64,000 nt of DNA. Source: a virus. Location: positions 32,001 to 96,000 of IMG/VR virus record IMGVR_UViG_3300020446_001812. The stretch is one strand, 5' to 3'. The notes beneath the pieces are model-generated. The model had not been told where the DNA came from, did not search any database, and saw only the letters and a list, made by a program, of their open reading frames with translations. This document shows positions 9,733 to 19,306 of the stretch, piece after piece (within the stretch, counting starts at the first letter, position 1; every line of letters begins with the position of its first letter). The position numbers and the translations under genes were made by a program.

Positions 9733-11063
9733 TCGATAATTTTCAACAGGTTAAAACAGAACTAGATAATGTAGGTTGCGGATTTTGCCTTGCTAAATGG
9801 ACGCAAGTTACAATTCATTTATCTTCCGGCATCACTCATAGTTGTCATCACGTAGGTGCTCATAAAATACCCCTTGATGAACTTAAACTAAATCCTAATG
9901 CATTACATAATACAAAAGAAAAGAAATTGCGTAGGAAAGAAATGCTTAACGGCGAACGTCCTAAAGAATGTGATTACTGTTGGAGAATTGAAGACAACAC
10001 TACAGAATATAGTGACAGAGTTCTAAAAAGTTCAAGGTCTTGGAGTCAAATAGATAAAGATAAAATATTACAAAATAATTGGGATGAAGATATATATCCT
10101 AGATATGTAGAAATAAGTTTTTCAAATGTTTGCAATTTTAAATGTGCATACTGTGGACCTCCTTTCAGTAGTAAATGGACAGAAGAAGTAAAATCATTAG
10201 GACCTTATAAATTAAAACAAAAACATTATAATGGAATTAAAAGCACAGAAGTTCCTTATACTAATAAAGAAGAGAATCCGTATATTGATGCATTTTGGAA
10301 ATGGTTTCCAGAATCAGTAAAACACATGAAAGTGTTTAGAATTACAGGAGGAGAGCCACTTTTATCTAAACATACATTACCTGTAATACAATATTTAATA
10401 GATAACCCACATCCAGATTTAGAATTTGCAATTAACACAAATGCATGTCCTCCGGATATTCTATGGAATATTTTTGTAGATAAAATTGTTGAATTAGAGA
10501 ATAATAAATCTGTTAAAAATTTTACTTTATATACAAGTGCTGAAAGTTACGGCAGTCAAGCAGAATATGTTAGAGATGGAATGGATTTTGATTTGTTTGA
10601 AAAAAATTTAACACATTTTATACAAAAAACAAAAAGGTCGAGAGTAACAATAATGAGTGCATTTAATATATTAAGTTTGCCTACATTGAAACCTTTTATA
10701 AGATGGTCAAATAAATTAAAAAGACTTTCGAGAGGCAGAGTGTTTTTAGATTTTGCATATGTAAGGCATCCAGAATTCTTAGATGTTAAAATTGCAGATA
10801 AAGATTTAATAGATCAGTATATTAAACCTGCTGTAGATTATATGATTGAAAAGGATGTATATACGGATTATGAAATATTTAAACTAGAAAGAATATATAA
10901 AGATTGTATTTCTAAATTAGAAAAAGAGTTTGATTTCAAATTAGAAAAATATCAATTTTACCAATTTGTAAATGAATACGACAAGAGACGTAATAAAAGT
11001 TTTTTGTTAACATTTCCAGAACTAAAAAACTTTTATAAAAAATGCGAGGCCTATTATGTATGA
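9729..11063 (+). CDS. Radical SAM protein with N-terminal Twitch/SPASM domain
   Basis: CNFKCAYC and TGGEP; N-terminal FCLAKW...HSCHH...ECDYCW. Confidence 0.9.
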   Translation: MIDNFQQVKTELDNVGCGFCLAKWTQVTIHLSSGITHSCHHVGAHKIPLDELKLNPNALHNTKEKKLRRKEMLNGERPKECDYCWRIEDNTTEYSDRVLKSSRSWSQIDKDKILQNNWDEDIYPRYVEISFSNVCNFKCAYCGPPFSSKWTEEVKSLGPYKLKQKHYNGIKSTEVPYTNKEENPYIDAFWKWFPESVKHMKVFRITGGEPLLSKHTLPVIQYLIDNPHPDLEFAINTNACPPDILWNIFVDKIVELENNKSVKNFTLYTSAESYGSQAEYVRDGMDFDLFEKNLTHFIQKTKRSRVTIMSAFNILSLPTLKPFIRWSNKLKRLSRGRVFLDFAYVRHPEFLDVKIADKDLIDQYIKPAVDYMIEKDVYTDYEIFKLERIYKDCISKLEKEFDFKLEKYQFYQFVNEYDKRRNKSFLLTFPELKNFYKKCEAYYV

Positions 11064-11739
11064 TATAGCATTTATAAGTTATAATGAAAAGCAAGCTGAT
11101 AAAAATTGGGAAATATTATCTAGTAAATTCAAATATGCCAAAAGAACGCACGGAGTAAAAGGTATACATCAAGCACATATAGAAGCGGCTAAAAAAGCAT
11201 TTACTCCAATGGTTTGGTTTGTAGATGCAGATGCTGAAATAAAAGAAGATTTTGATTTCAGCTATATTCCGCCAAGAAAAGATAGAGATGCTGTGCATGT
11301 ATGGAGAAGTCAAAATCCTATAAATGATTTAGAATATGGATACGGAGGCGTAAAACTTTTTCCAAGAATAGCTACTATAAATGTAGACGTTAATAAACCA
11401 GACATGACAACAAGTATTAGTAAAAAGTTTATACCTATGCATACTATAAGTAATACAACGATGTTTAATGTAGATGAATTTAGTACATGGAGAAGTGCAT
11501 TTCGAGAATGTGCAAAATTAGCAAGTAAAACAATTGATAGACAAAACGAGGAGGAAACAAATGCAAGACTTAAAACTTGGACAACCGTGGGACACACTAG
11601 AAAGTTTGGTGAATATGCGATTCGAGGTGCTTACGATGGTATGGAGTTTGGCCTTTCTAGGGGGGCTGATCTTCGGTTAATAAACAATTACGAATGGTTA
11701 AAGGAGCAGTTTGATGCAAACACAAGAATTATTAGATAA
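11056..11739 (+). CDS. GT-A fold glycosyltransferase-like protein (paralog of 8815-9732)
   Basis: YDIAFISYNE, HQAH, WFVDADA, YGYGGVK, WRSAFRECAK. Confidence 0.65.
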   Translation: MYDIAFISYNEKQADKNWEILSSKFKYAKRTHGVKGIHQAHIEAAKKAFTPMVWFVDADAEIKEDFDFSYIPPRKDRDAVHVWRSQNPINDLEYGYGGVKLFPRIATINVDVNKPDMTTSISKKFIPMHTISNTTMFNVDEFSTWRSAFRECAKLASKTIDRQNEEETNARLKTWTTVGHTRKFGEYAIRGAYDGMEFGLSRGADLRLINNYEWLKEQFDANTRIIR

Positions 11740-12670
11740 ATTTGAAATACTTTATCCAAATGTTGCTGATTTGCGTAGGGCTTACACTGATAAAGATTTA
11801 AGTAGTATTTTTAGATTACTAGATGCAAACGATGATTTACGCAAAGCAGTAATGGAAGAAAACTTACATAGTATATTTAGAATCATAAAAAATTATGATG
11901 TAGAAGAATTACGAAAAGCAGTCACAGAAAAAAATTTACACAGTATTTTCAGACTTGTAGATGACGAAGATTTACGTAAGTTTTTACTAGAGGATAATAT
12001 ATACAAATTATGGCCTTTACTACGTAGATTTACAAATACACAATTTGTAGATGCATTTAAAAGTTTTTTTATTAATAATATTGAAATTGACAATGATTGT
12101 TTTAGCAGAGGACAATTATTAAGTAAACAATGGTTAATTAAGGAATTGTTAAAAATTAATAAAAATTTAGGAACAGTGTATCTTTGTGCAGGATGGTATG
12201 CTACACTTGCAACAATGTTATTTGAAAGTAATATAAAGTTAGATAAAATTAGATCTTTTGATATAGATGAAACTTGTGTGCCTATAGCAAAAATATTTAA
12301 CAAGCCTTGGTTAAAAGAAAACTGGAAATTCCAAGCATCAACTATAGATATAAATGATATAGATTATAGAGAACACACGTATCAAGTAACAAGAGCAGAT
12401 GGTACTTCCTGCTCTGTTACTGATCAATGCGATACTGTTATAAACACAAGTTGTGAACATATTGGAAATTTTTCTAAATGGTATAACAATATTCCTGCAA
12501 ATACAATACTTGTGCTTCAAAGCAATAATTTTAATGAAGTGGAGGAACATACAAATTGTGTCAATAATATAGAAGAATTTGACAACATGACACCTATGCA
12601 AGAAACTTACTATAAAGGTGCACTTGAACTAGACAAATATACGAGGTACATGAAAATTGGATATAAATAA
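11714..12670 (+). CDS. Class I SAM-dependent methyltransferase-like protein with N-terminal helical repeats
   Basis: LCAGWYATL (motif I variant), SFDID, VINTSCEH, LQSNN; N-terminal LRKAVxExNLHSIFR repeats. Confidence 0.6.
   Translation: MQTQELLDKFEILYPNVADLRRAYTDKDLSSIFRLLDANDDLRKAVMEENLHSIFRIIKNYDVEELRKAVTEKNLHSIFRLVDDEDLRKFLLEDNIYKLWPLLRRFTNTQFVDAFKSFFINNIEIDNDCFSRGQLLSKQWLIKELLKINKNLGTVYLCAGWYATLATMLFESNIKLDKIRSFDIDETCVPIAKIFNKPWLKENWKFQASTIDINDIDYREHTYQVTRADGTSCSVTDQCDTVINTSCEHIGNFSKWYNNIPANTILVLQSNNFNEVEEHTNCVNNIEEFDNMTPMQETYYKGALELDKYTRYMKIGYK
11771..12013 (+). repeat. 3-4 imperfect ~22-aa tandem repeats inside the methyltransferase-like gene
   Basis: LRRAYTDKDLSSIFR / LRKAVMEENLHSIFR / LRKAVTEKNLHSIFR / LRKFLLEDNIYKLW. 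Confidence 0.8.
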
Positions 12671-12893
12671 TTTTAGTCTAAGAAAATTGCAGACAGAAAG
12701 TTCCCGTGCTTTAAGTGCTATGCAAGCTACTAATAATAATATTCATCAATTCAATAAACAAGCTCATCATAATAGCCAAAATTGGTACAAAGCAGTAATT
12801 GAATGGTATATAAAAGAATATGGCGACATACCAAGTAAAGTAGGTCCGGGTAAAGATGTAAAATTAGTCTTAGGAGAAAACGTTGATACATGA
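12657..12893 (+). CDS. Small hypothetical protein (78 aa)
   Basis: TTG start; overlaps both neighbours and fills the gap in the operon. Confidence 0.6.
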   Translation: MDINNFSLRKLQTESSRALSAMQATNNNIHQFNKQAHHNSQNWYKAVIEWYIKEYGDIPSKVGPGKDVKLVLGENVDT

Positions 12894-13830
12894 TATAAAT
12901 TTACTAATTCAAGAAAAAACCAATATTATAGAATCTTGTGTCAAATATCAAAAGAGGAAATATCCTAATAGAACAAGAGATTATGACAAGTGTAGAAGAG
13001 ATTTAAATTACATACTAGATGCAATGCTTTTTGATGTAGAGAATAACACAACACACAATACAATTTATATAGGAAACAAGTTTTGGATTAGAAACGAACG
13101 GCAGATATCAGTATACCAGGTAGAACTGGACGTTTACAATAAAATGTTTTCAATTATAGAAAATAATGAAAATTTTTCTGATGAAACAGTAAAACGTATG
13201 AAAGATTTGACAGCAATACTTTCAAATATAATTAAACAAGGACCTATGGAAGAACCAAATAGTTGGCATCATAGTGCATCGTTAAGGCTTAACACATATA
13301 ATTGGCAACTTAAAGTTCCTAAGGTCGAAGAAATTAATGGCATTTTAGATGACCTTCATAACTATTCACCTAGTAAACAAAAAATGGTAAGATACCATAT
13401 AGATGTATACAGGAATGATAATGATGAAAATAAGAAAAAAATTTATCGAGCTCATGCCGCGACTACAGAAAAAAAAGCTAGACACAATCCGCAAGTATTA
13501 GCTCCTTGGTTGTTGTTTTTTCGACCAAGAGATGAAGCAACTTTAAAGGACGATTTTAGACTTGCAGATTTTTATATGGATTTAGGTATAGCCACTAGTA
13601 ATATTATTTACAGTGCCGCAAGTAGAGGGTTGGATACAGGAATATCTAAATGTATAAATTATGATGATTTGATTAAAGAGGTAATTGGATATGTTCCAGA
13701 ATTAGTCATTGGTATTGGATATAGAAACAATGATAGACGATATATGTGTTTACATTATAATAAAATAATTGAGATCCCAGATTATGATGTTCCTAAACCA
13801 GAAATGGATGAATATATAACATATGTATAA
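12883..13830 (+). CDS. Nitroreductase-family protein with N-terminal phycobiliprotein-like (KCRRDLNYILDA) helical domain
   Basis: C-terminal SPSKQ...QVLAPWLL...DLGIATSNIIYSAASRGLDTG..IGIGY fits the nitroreductase pattern; N-terminal KCRRDLNYILDAMLFD. Confidence 0.6.
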   Translation: MIHDINLLIQEKTNIIESCVKYQKRKYPNRTRDYDKCRRDLNYILDAMLFDVENNTTHNTIYIGNKFWIRNERQISVYQVELDVYNKMFSIIENNENFSDETVKRMKDLTAILSNIIKQGPMEEPNSWHHSASLRLNTYNWQLKVPKVEEINGILDDLHNYSPSKQKMVRYHIDVYRNDNDENKKKIYRAHAATTEKKARHNPQVLAPWLLFFRPRDEATLKDDFRLADFYMDLGIATSNIIYSAASRGLDTGISKCINYDDLIKEVIGYVPELVIGIGYRNNDRRYMCLHYNKIIEIPDYDVPKPEMDEYITYV

Positions 13831-14890
13831 TTACGAAGATATTAAAACAATTCATCTAGAGGTTACACAAAATTGCCAAGCCGCATGTCCTATGTGTGAT
13901 AGAAATATGAATGGTAAAGGAATAAATCCTCATATTAATCTTGATGAGCTTTCTTATCAAGATTGTACAAATATATTTCCTGCATCTTTCATCAAACAAT
14001 TACATACTATGTACATGTGTGGCAATTTAGGTGATCCTATTGTTGCTAGAGACACATTAGAAATATTTGAATATTTCCGTTGGGCTAATCCTAACATGTG
14101 GTTAAGTATGAATACAAATGGCGGAGCAAAAAATGAAATCTGGTGGCGTAAACTTGCAAAAGTTTTTAACAATAAAGGTGCAGTAATCTTTAGTGTAGAC
14201 GGATTAGAAGATACTAATCACATATATAGACAAAATGTAGTTTGGAAAAATGTAGAACGTAATATGCGGGCATTCATCGATGCAGGTGGCAGAGCAAGAT
14301 GGGATTTTTTAATTTTTGAACATAACCAACATCAAGTAGAAGAAGCAGAAGCTCTTGCAAATGAGTGGGGTTGTGAAAAATTTATGAAAAAGAAAACTGG
14401 TAGGTTCATAACACAAGATTCAAAAAAGAAAGAGTCACACCAAGCAGTAAGTAAAAAAGGAAAAACAACTAAAGAACTTAAAAAGCCTGATAGCAAATAT
14501 CAAAATAAAGCATTAAAACAGCAAGATGCTGTAATTCAAAAATATAATACAATGGATACCTATTATGATAATGCCTTTATTGATTGTAAAGTAAAAAAAG
14601 ATAATAGTATTTTTATTACAGCAGAAGGTTTAGCACTACCTTGTTGCTGGACAGCAGGACGAATGTACAAATGGTGGCATAAAGATCCTAAAGTAGAACA
14701 AATATGGGACTTTATACCAGATAAATCTGCTTTAGATGCACGTAAAGGTTTAGACAAAGTTTTTGATACGGGCATATTTACAAATATACAGAATAGTTGG
14801 TCCAAACCAAGTTGCAAAGAAGGAAAATTAAAAGTGTGTGCAATGAAGTGTGGCACTGAATTTGATCCGTTTGGAGAGCAATTTAAATGA
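13823..14890 (+). CDS. Radical SAM protein with C-terminal SPASM/Twitch domain
   Basis: CQAACPMC, GNLGDP, TNGG, FSVDG; C-terminal DCK...SIFITAEG..LPCC...VCAMKC. Confidence 0.9.
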   Translation: MYNYEDIKTIHLEVTQNCQAACPMCDRNMNGKGINPHINLDELSYQDCTNIFPASFIKQLHTMYMCGNLGDPIVARDTLEIFEYFRWANPNMWLSMNTNGGAKNEIWWRKLAKVFNNKGAVIFSVDGLEDTNHIYRQNVVWKNVERNMRAFIDAGGRARWDFLIFEHNQHQVEEAEALANEWGCEKFMKKKTGRFITQDSKKKESHQAVSKKGKTTKELKKPDSKYQNKALKQQDAVIQKYNTMDTYYDNAFIDCKVKKDNSIFITAEGLALPCCWTAGRMYKWWHKDPKVEQIWDFIPDKSALDARKGLDKVFDTGIFTNIQNSWSKPSCKEGKLKVCAMKCGTEFDPFGEQFK

Positions 14891-15390
14891 TATTTAATTT
14901 CGCTACAATTGATGCTAATTTTGATGTGATAAAACAGAGTAGTCAATGGTATAACCTTGTCAATGAATTTAAAAAAGCAAAAAAGATTGGCTATATAGGA
15001 CATGGCGGTAATCTTGCAATCGCTGATCATGCATCAATAGACGCCGCAAGATTGACTGATAAACAAACCTTTAGTTTAGGTTCAGCAATATGGTGTACAT
15101 CTTTAATTAATGATCATAAAGAAAAATGGATTAGCAAATGGATAGGCATGACAGACGCAGATTTAGTTATACTTTTCACTGCAAGTGCGACAGATAAAGC
15201 ATTTGACATAGCTGTAAACCACTGCATTCAAAAAAACATAAACTATTGTGTGATATCTGGAGTAGACAAATATCCAAAACAAATACATCTAAATTTACTA
15301 ACCTATCATGAATATGAAGTAGCGGCGTTAGCGTTATCATACGAACTTTTAAATGCAGGAGGTTACCATTGTCCGGAAATAAAACAGTAG
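14887..15390 (+). CDS. SIS-domain sugar-phosphate isomerase (GmhA-like)
   Basis: IGYIGHGGNLAIADH, TSLIND, LVILFTAS, YHEYE. Confidence 0.65.
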   Translation: MIFNFATIDANFDVIKQSSQWYNLVNEFKKAKKIGYIGHGGNLAIADHASIDAARLTDKQTFSLGSAIWCTSLINDHKEKWISKWIGMTDADLVILFTASATDKAFDIAVNHCIQKNINYCVISGVDKYPKQIHLNLLTYHEYEVAALALSYELLNAGGYHCPEIKQ

Positions 15391-16091
15391 CATTACAGAC
15401 TGCAAGAGCAGGATCAAAAAGTATTCCAAAAAAGAATTTATTAGAAGTAGACATGCATCCATTGTTTGCCCATTCTATAATGGCAGCTACAGATTGTGAT
15501 TTAATAGACAGTGTTTGGTGTAGTACTGATGACGATACTATAAAAAGTTTAAGCACCTTTTATGAATTCAATATCATAGATAGACCTTTGGAGTTATCTG
15601 GTGATGATGACAGTCATCTAGACGTTATTAGACACGGCGTTACACATATAGAAGATAACATAGGCACTTGCGATATAGTAGTTTTACTTTTAGGTAATGT
15701 TGTTGGAATTGATAGTAAAAGTTTGACTGAAGCAATCAAAATGCTAGATGGATTCGATAGCGTTGTTAGTGTAAGTAAATTTAACATGTTTAATCCGTTT
15801 AGGGCGATGCAAATAAAAAACGGAGAACTTAACACATTTATTTCACAAGATCAAATACAAAGTTCTAAGCAGGCAAATGATAAAAATAGTGCTGGTGATA
15901 TTTACTATTGTAACGGAAATTTTTGGATTATGAAACGTGATATAATATTTAAAGATGACAATAAACTTCCATTTCAATGGTTAGGTAACAAGATTCGTCC
16001 TTATGTACAAGATACATTTTTAGAGTTAGATGCACCTTGGCAAAAGGATTATGTAATACAAAGCATTAGAAATGACAAAGGTTTGAAATGA
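15369..16091 (+). CDS. CMP-sugar synthetase / acylneuraminate cytidylyltransferase family
   Basis: ARAGSKSIPKKN, VWCSTD, DRPLELSGD, NG.FWI, ELD. Confidence 0.8.
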   Translation: MSGNKTVALQTARAGSKSIPKKNLLEVDMHPLFAHSIMAATDCDLIDSVWCSTDDDTIKSLSTFYEFNIIDRPLELSGDDDSHLDVIRHGVTHIEDNIGTCDIVVLLLGNVVGIDSKSLTEAIKMLDGFDSVVSVSKFNMFNPFRAMQIKNGELNTFISQDQIQSSKQANDKNSAGDIYYCNGNFWIMKRDIIFKDDNKLPFQWLGNKIRPYVQDTFLELDAPWQKDYVIQSIRNDKGLK

Positions 16092-17008
16092 ATTTTTGGG
16101 AACAAACAAAAAATATAAGGCCAGAAGAGTTTACAGATAGTAAATTATATGGTAGACGTTTTTGGAAAAACTTTCTAAAGACGCATGATTACTTTTTTGT
16201 AGAATTTCCGTTATCTATGAAAAATTATTTTTTACCTATGGGGTATTTTTTGTATACATCAAAATCAAAGAAAGATTATTTAAAATTTGTATATAAAAAG
16301 AAGACGTATGAAGAATACGTAAATTCTTGTAAATTAATACATGATACATTATGTAATTTTAATTATGAGATATTTAAAATACGCAAAGACGATCTATTTC
16401 GTGTAAAGGAATTCCCTCAATTTTGTATATTAATTAGAGAACTATACCAAAACGGATCTTACAATTATCCTTGCTGGAGATTATCAGACGGACTTGTATG
16501 TTCGCATCCTGGCCAACATTTAAATTTTTGTAAAATATTTTTAGGTATGCCTGTTAAAGGCTGGATATCTTTTCCTAAACAACGCACACAACAAAGTTTG
16601 CAATATTTACATGGCATGAACATAATTAAAAAGATTAATAATAATGATGATATAATAGATATACTAGGAACAAATATTATTTCAGCTTGTATACAAAAAT
16701 ATGATGATCAACAAGTTCCAAGCCTTTATCCTAGTATACCAAGACCAATTTGGTCTGATTATGACGGAAACGGAAACACAGCTTGGCCTTGGAACGATGT
16801 ATGGAATTTCAACGAACACCTGCGTAAATCTAGTTTTTTAAAAATTATAGATAAGATAATACAAAATCCAGACAGTGTTAATAAATTTGTTGAGGTTAAA
16901 GTAGATTTTCCTAGCAATGAAATTTTAATTAATAACTTTTTTGCTTTTTTGCTTACTGAACAACAAGAAGATAATAAATTTAAATTGAAAGTTGCCAGAC
17001 GTACTTAA
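16088..17008 (+). CDS. Hypothetical protein
   Basis: 306-aa ORF coupled to the upstream gene; no confident motif. Confidence 0.6.
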   Translation: MNFWEQTKNIRPEEFTDSKLYGRRFWKNFLKTHDYFFVEFPLSMKNYFLPMGYFLYTSKSKKDYLKFVYKKKTYEEYVNSCKLIHDTLCNFNYEIFKIRKDDLFRVKEFPQFCILIRELYQNGSYNYPCWRLSDGLVCSHPGQHLNFCKIFLGMPVKGWISFPKQRTQQSLQYLHGMNIIKKINNNDDIIDILGTNIISACIQKYDDQQVPSLYPSIPRPIWSDYDGNGNTAWPWNDVWNFNEHLRKSSFLKIIDKIIQNPDSVNKFVEVKVDFPSNEILINNFFAFLLTEQQEDNKFKLKVARRT

Positions 17009-17024
17009 CATTGGCTTTTTTGCT

Positions 17025-17032
17025 GATAAGTA
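17025..17032 (+). promoter_or_regulatory. Late-promoter variant GATAAGTA
   Basis: One mismatch to GATAAATA, in the intergenic gap 8 nt before ATG 17041. Confidence 0.4.
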
Positions 17033-17040
17033 TGTATATA

Positions 17041-18453
17041 ATGAAAAAAGAATTACCATCAAAAACCTTTTGTTTACTTCCTTGGGTGCATCTTAGCACA
17101 AGACCAGATGGAAGTATGCGTGTATGTTGTACAGCAAATGCAAGTTCTGTAGGGCCGACTAATGACAAAGAACATGGTGGTCAAGTTGGTATTTTAAAGA
17201 CAGAAGACGGAAAGCCTAATAATCTCAATGTTAGCGATTTTGAAACTGCCTGGAACAGTACCTACATGAAAAACGTAAGAATGCAAATGCTTAACGGTGA
17301 ACAACCTCCTAGTTGTATAAAATGTTACAAGGAAGAGGCTGCAGGTCATAATTCGAAACGTATGTGGGAAACTGAATACTGGAGACAAAGAGTTGATCTT
17401 GACCAAATAATTGCAAACACAGCAGAAGATGGCAGTGTGCCTCCTAATCTTGCATACATTGATTTAAGATTCGGTACTAAATGTCAACTAGCGTGTGTAA
17501 TGTGTTCGCCGCATGATAGTTCAGGTTGGATAAAAGATTGGAAAGCTGTATTTCCTGCTGTAGAAAATGCAAGTTTAAAAGAAACTATGCAGTGGAAAGA
17601 CAAAGGTAGTTACAATGGAAGCAGTTACAATTGGCACAAACAAAATCCTACATTTTGGAAACAGTTTTATGAACAAATGCCAAGTATGCAACAAATTTAT
17701 TTTGCAGGTGGTGAAAGTTTAATAATTGAAGAACATTATGAAATATTAGAACATGCTATCAAAATGGGTTATGCAAAAGATCTTGAACTTAGATATAACA
17801 GTAATGGAGTAGAATGGCGTGATGATCTATTTGATCTGTGGAAGCAATTCAAACTAGTACGTTTCCATTATTCTATTGATAGTATAGAAAAAATGAATGA
17901 TTATATAAGATATCCAAGTGATTGGACTAGACAAAGTCAAGTCTTTCATATACTAGATAATTATACATCTAATAATGTAGAAGTAACTGTGGCTTGTGCT
18001 GTACAAGCATTAAACATTTATTACATACCTGATTTAATAAAATGGAAATTAAATCAAGGTTTTAAAAAAATTAACATGTGGCCGTTTGGGGCAGGAGGCG
18101 TAAATTATCACTTTGTGTATCATCCGCCGCATTTAAATGTAAAGGTTTTACCTAAATGGTTTAAAGAAGAATGTCGTAAAAAGTATGAAGAATTTTATCC
18201 TTGGTGGGAGGCTAATTGGGAAAAAGGAGTACCTAGTTGGCACAAAGGAAAAGTTGATTATAATAAATGGCGGAGTGCTAGTTATGGTATAAGTAGGCTG
18301 GAAGGTATGTTAAAATTTATGGAAAGCGAAGATTGGAGCATACGTTTGCCTGAAATGAAAGAGTTTTTAGATTTGTGTGACAAACAAAGGGGCGTCACAT
18401 TTTCTGAAACTTTTCCAGAAATGAAGGATATATTTAATGTTTGCAAAAATTAA
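17041..18453 (+). CDS. Radical SAM protein with N-terminal Twitch/SPASM domain
   Basis: CQLACVMC, AGGE, YNSNG; N-terminal FCLLPW...RVCC...SCIKCY. Confidence 0.9.
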   Translation: MKKELPSKTFCLLPWVHLSTRPDGSMRVCCTANASSVGPTNDKEHGGQVGILKTEDGKPNNLNVSDFETAWNSTYMKNVRMQMLNGEQPPSCIKCYKEEAAGHNSKRMWETEYWRQRVDLDQIIANTAEDGSVPPNLAYIDLRFGTKCQLACVMCSPHDSSGWIKDWKAVFPAVENASLKETMQWKDKGSYNGSSYNWHKQNPTFWKQFYEQMPSMQQIYFAGGESLIIEEHYEILEHAIKMGYAKDLELRYNSNGVEWRDDLFDLWKQFKLVRFHYSIDSIEKMNDYIRYPSDWTRQSQVFHILDNYTSNNVEVTVACAVQALNIYYIPDLIKWKLNQGFKKINMWPFGAGGVNYHFVYHPPHLNVKVLPKWFKEECRKKYEEFYPWWEANWEKGVPSWHKGKVDYNKWRSASYGISRLEGMLKFMESEDWSIRLPEMKEFLDLCDKQRGVTFSETFPEMKDIFNVCKN

Positions 18454-19306
18454 TAGAATAAATGATGTTGAACCATATAAAGTGTTAGAGTATGAAAATT
18501 ACATGCCAAATCTTAAAGATCAAAATGTAATTCGAAATATAGCAGAAAATTTTCAAAAAGCAATAGCACATGATATAATGTTTGACGAAGATGATTTACA
18601 ATGGCTATATGGCTTTGCATATAGTAGATGTCATACAGTGAGGCATAATGATAACGGAACAGTTTTCATAAGCGGAAATTTACAAACTATATACAAGAAG
18701 TTCAAAGATAAAATTGACAATATTATACCTGGTGCTGAAAACTCACCAGTCGTAGGTGGAAACTTTTTTATTACTCCTAGTCAATACGGTTTACATAATG
18801 ATAGTACAAGAGAAAAAGATTGGCAAGATACTTTAAAAAATACTCCTTTAGATAGTGATCGGAGACGTTTTGTTCCTTGGAGAAATGTAATTATTCCTAT
18901 ATATACATGTCTGCCAGGAGTTGAAAGCCATGGCGTATTTTTTGATCAGCGTCACATAGATTTTGCCCATGTTTATCATCATGGTAGAAAACCAGATCAA
19001 AAAGTTGCTACTACATATCCATTAGTTGATGATCATAAGGATATTGATTTTCATTTATTAGATGGAACAAAGCAAGATAGAGAAAAAAATTTATTACCAT
19101 ATAATGAAAATCACTTCGATCGTTACTTATATTATACGCCTAAAAGGAGACTTACTGGGCTAACACCAGAACTAACATGCAAATGGGAAGTAGGTAAACC
19201 TATAGTGTTTGATGCTGTTCAACTACATGCAACAAATAAAGGATTAAAGGATAGACAATGGAATACAAAAATGGGACTGTTGTTGACTTTCCTTAGAGAA
19301 ATGTAA
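18437..19306 (+). CDS. 2OG-Fe(II) oxygenase-like (DSBH) protein
   Basis: LHND (HxD) with distal FDAVQLH. Paralog of 25306-26001. Confidence 0.6.
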   Translation: MFAKINRINDVEPYKVLEYENYMPNLKDQNVIRNIAENFQKAIAHDIMFDEDDLQWLYGFAYSRCHTVRHNDNGTVFISGNLQTIYKKFKDKIDNIIPGAENSPVVGGNFFITPSQYGLHNDSTREKDWQDTLKNTPLDSDRRRFVPWRNVIIPIYTCLPGVESHGVFFDQRHIDFAHVYHHGRKPDQKVATTYPLVDDHKDIDFHLLDGTKQDREKNLLPYNENHFDRYLYYTPKRRLTGLTPELTCKWEVGKPIVFDAVQLHATNKGLKDRQWNTKMGLLLTFLREM

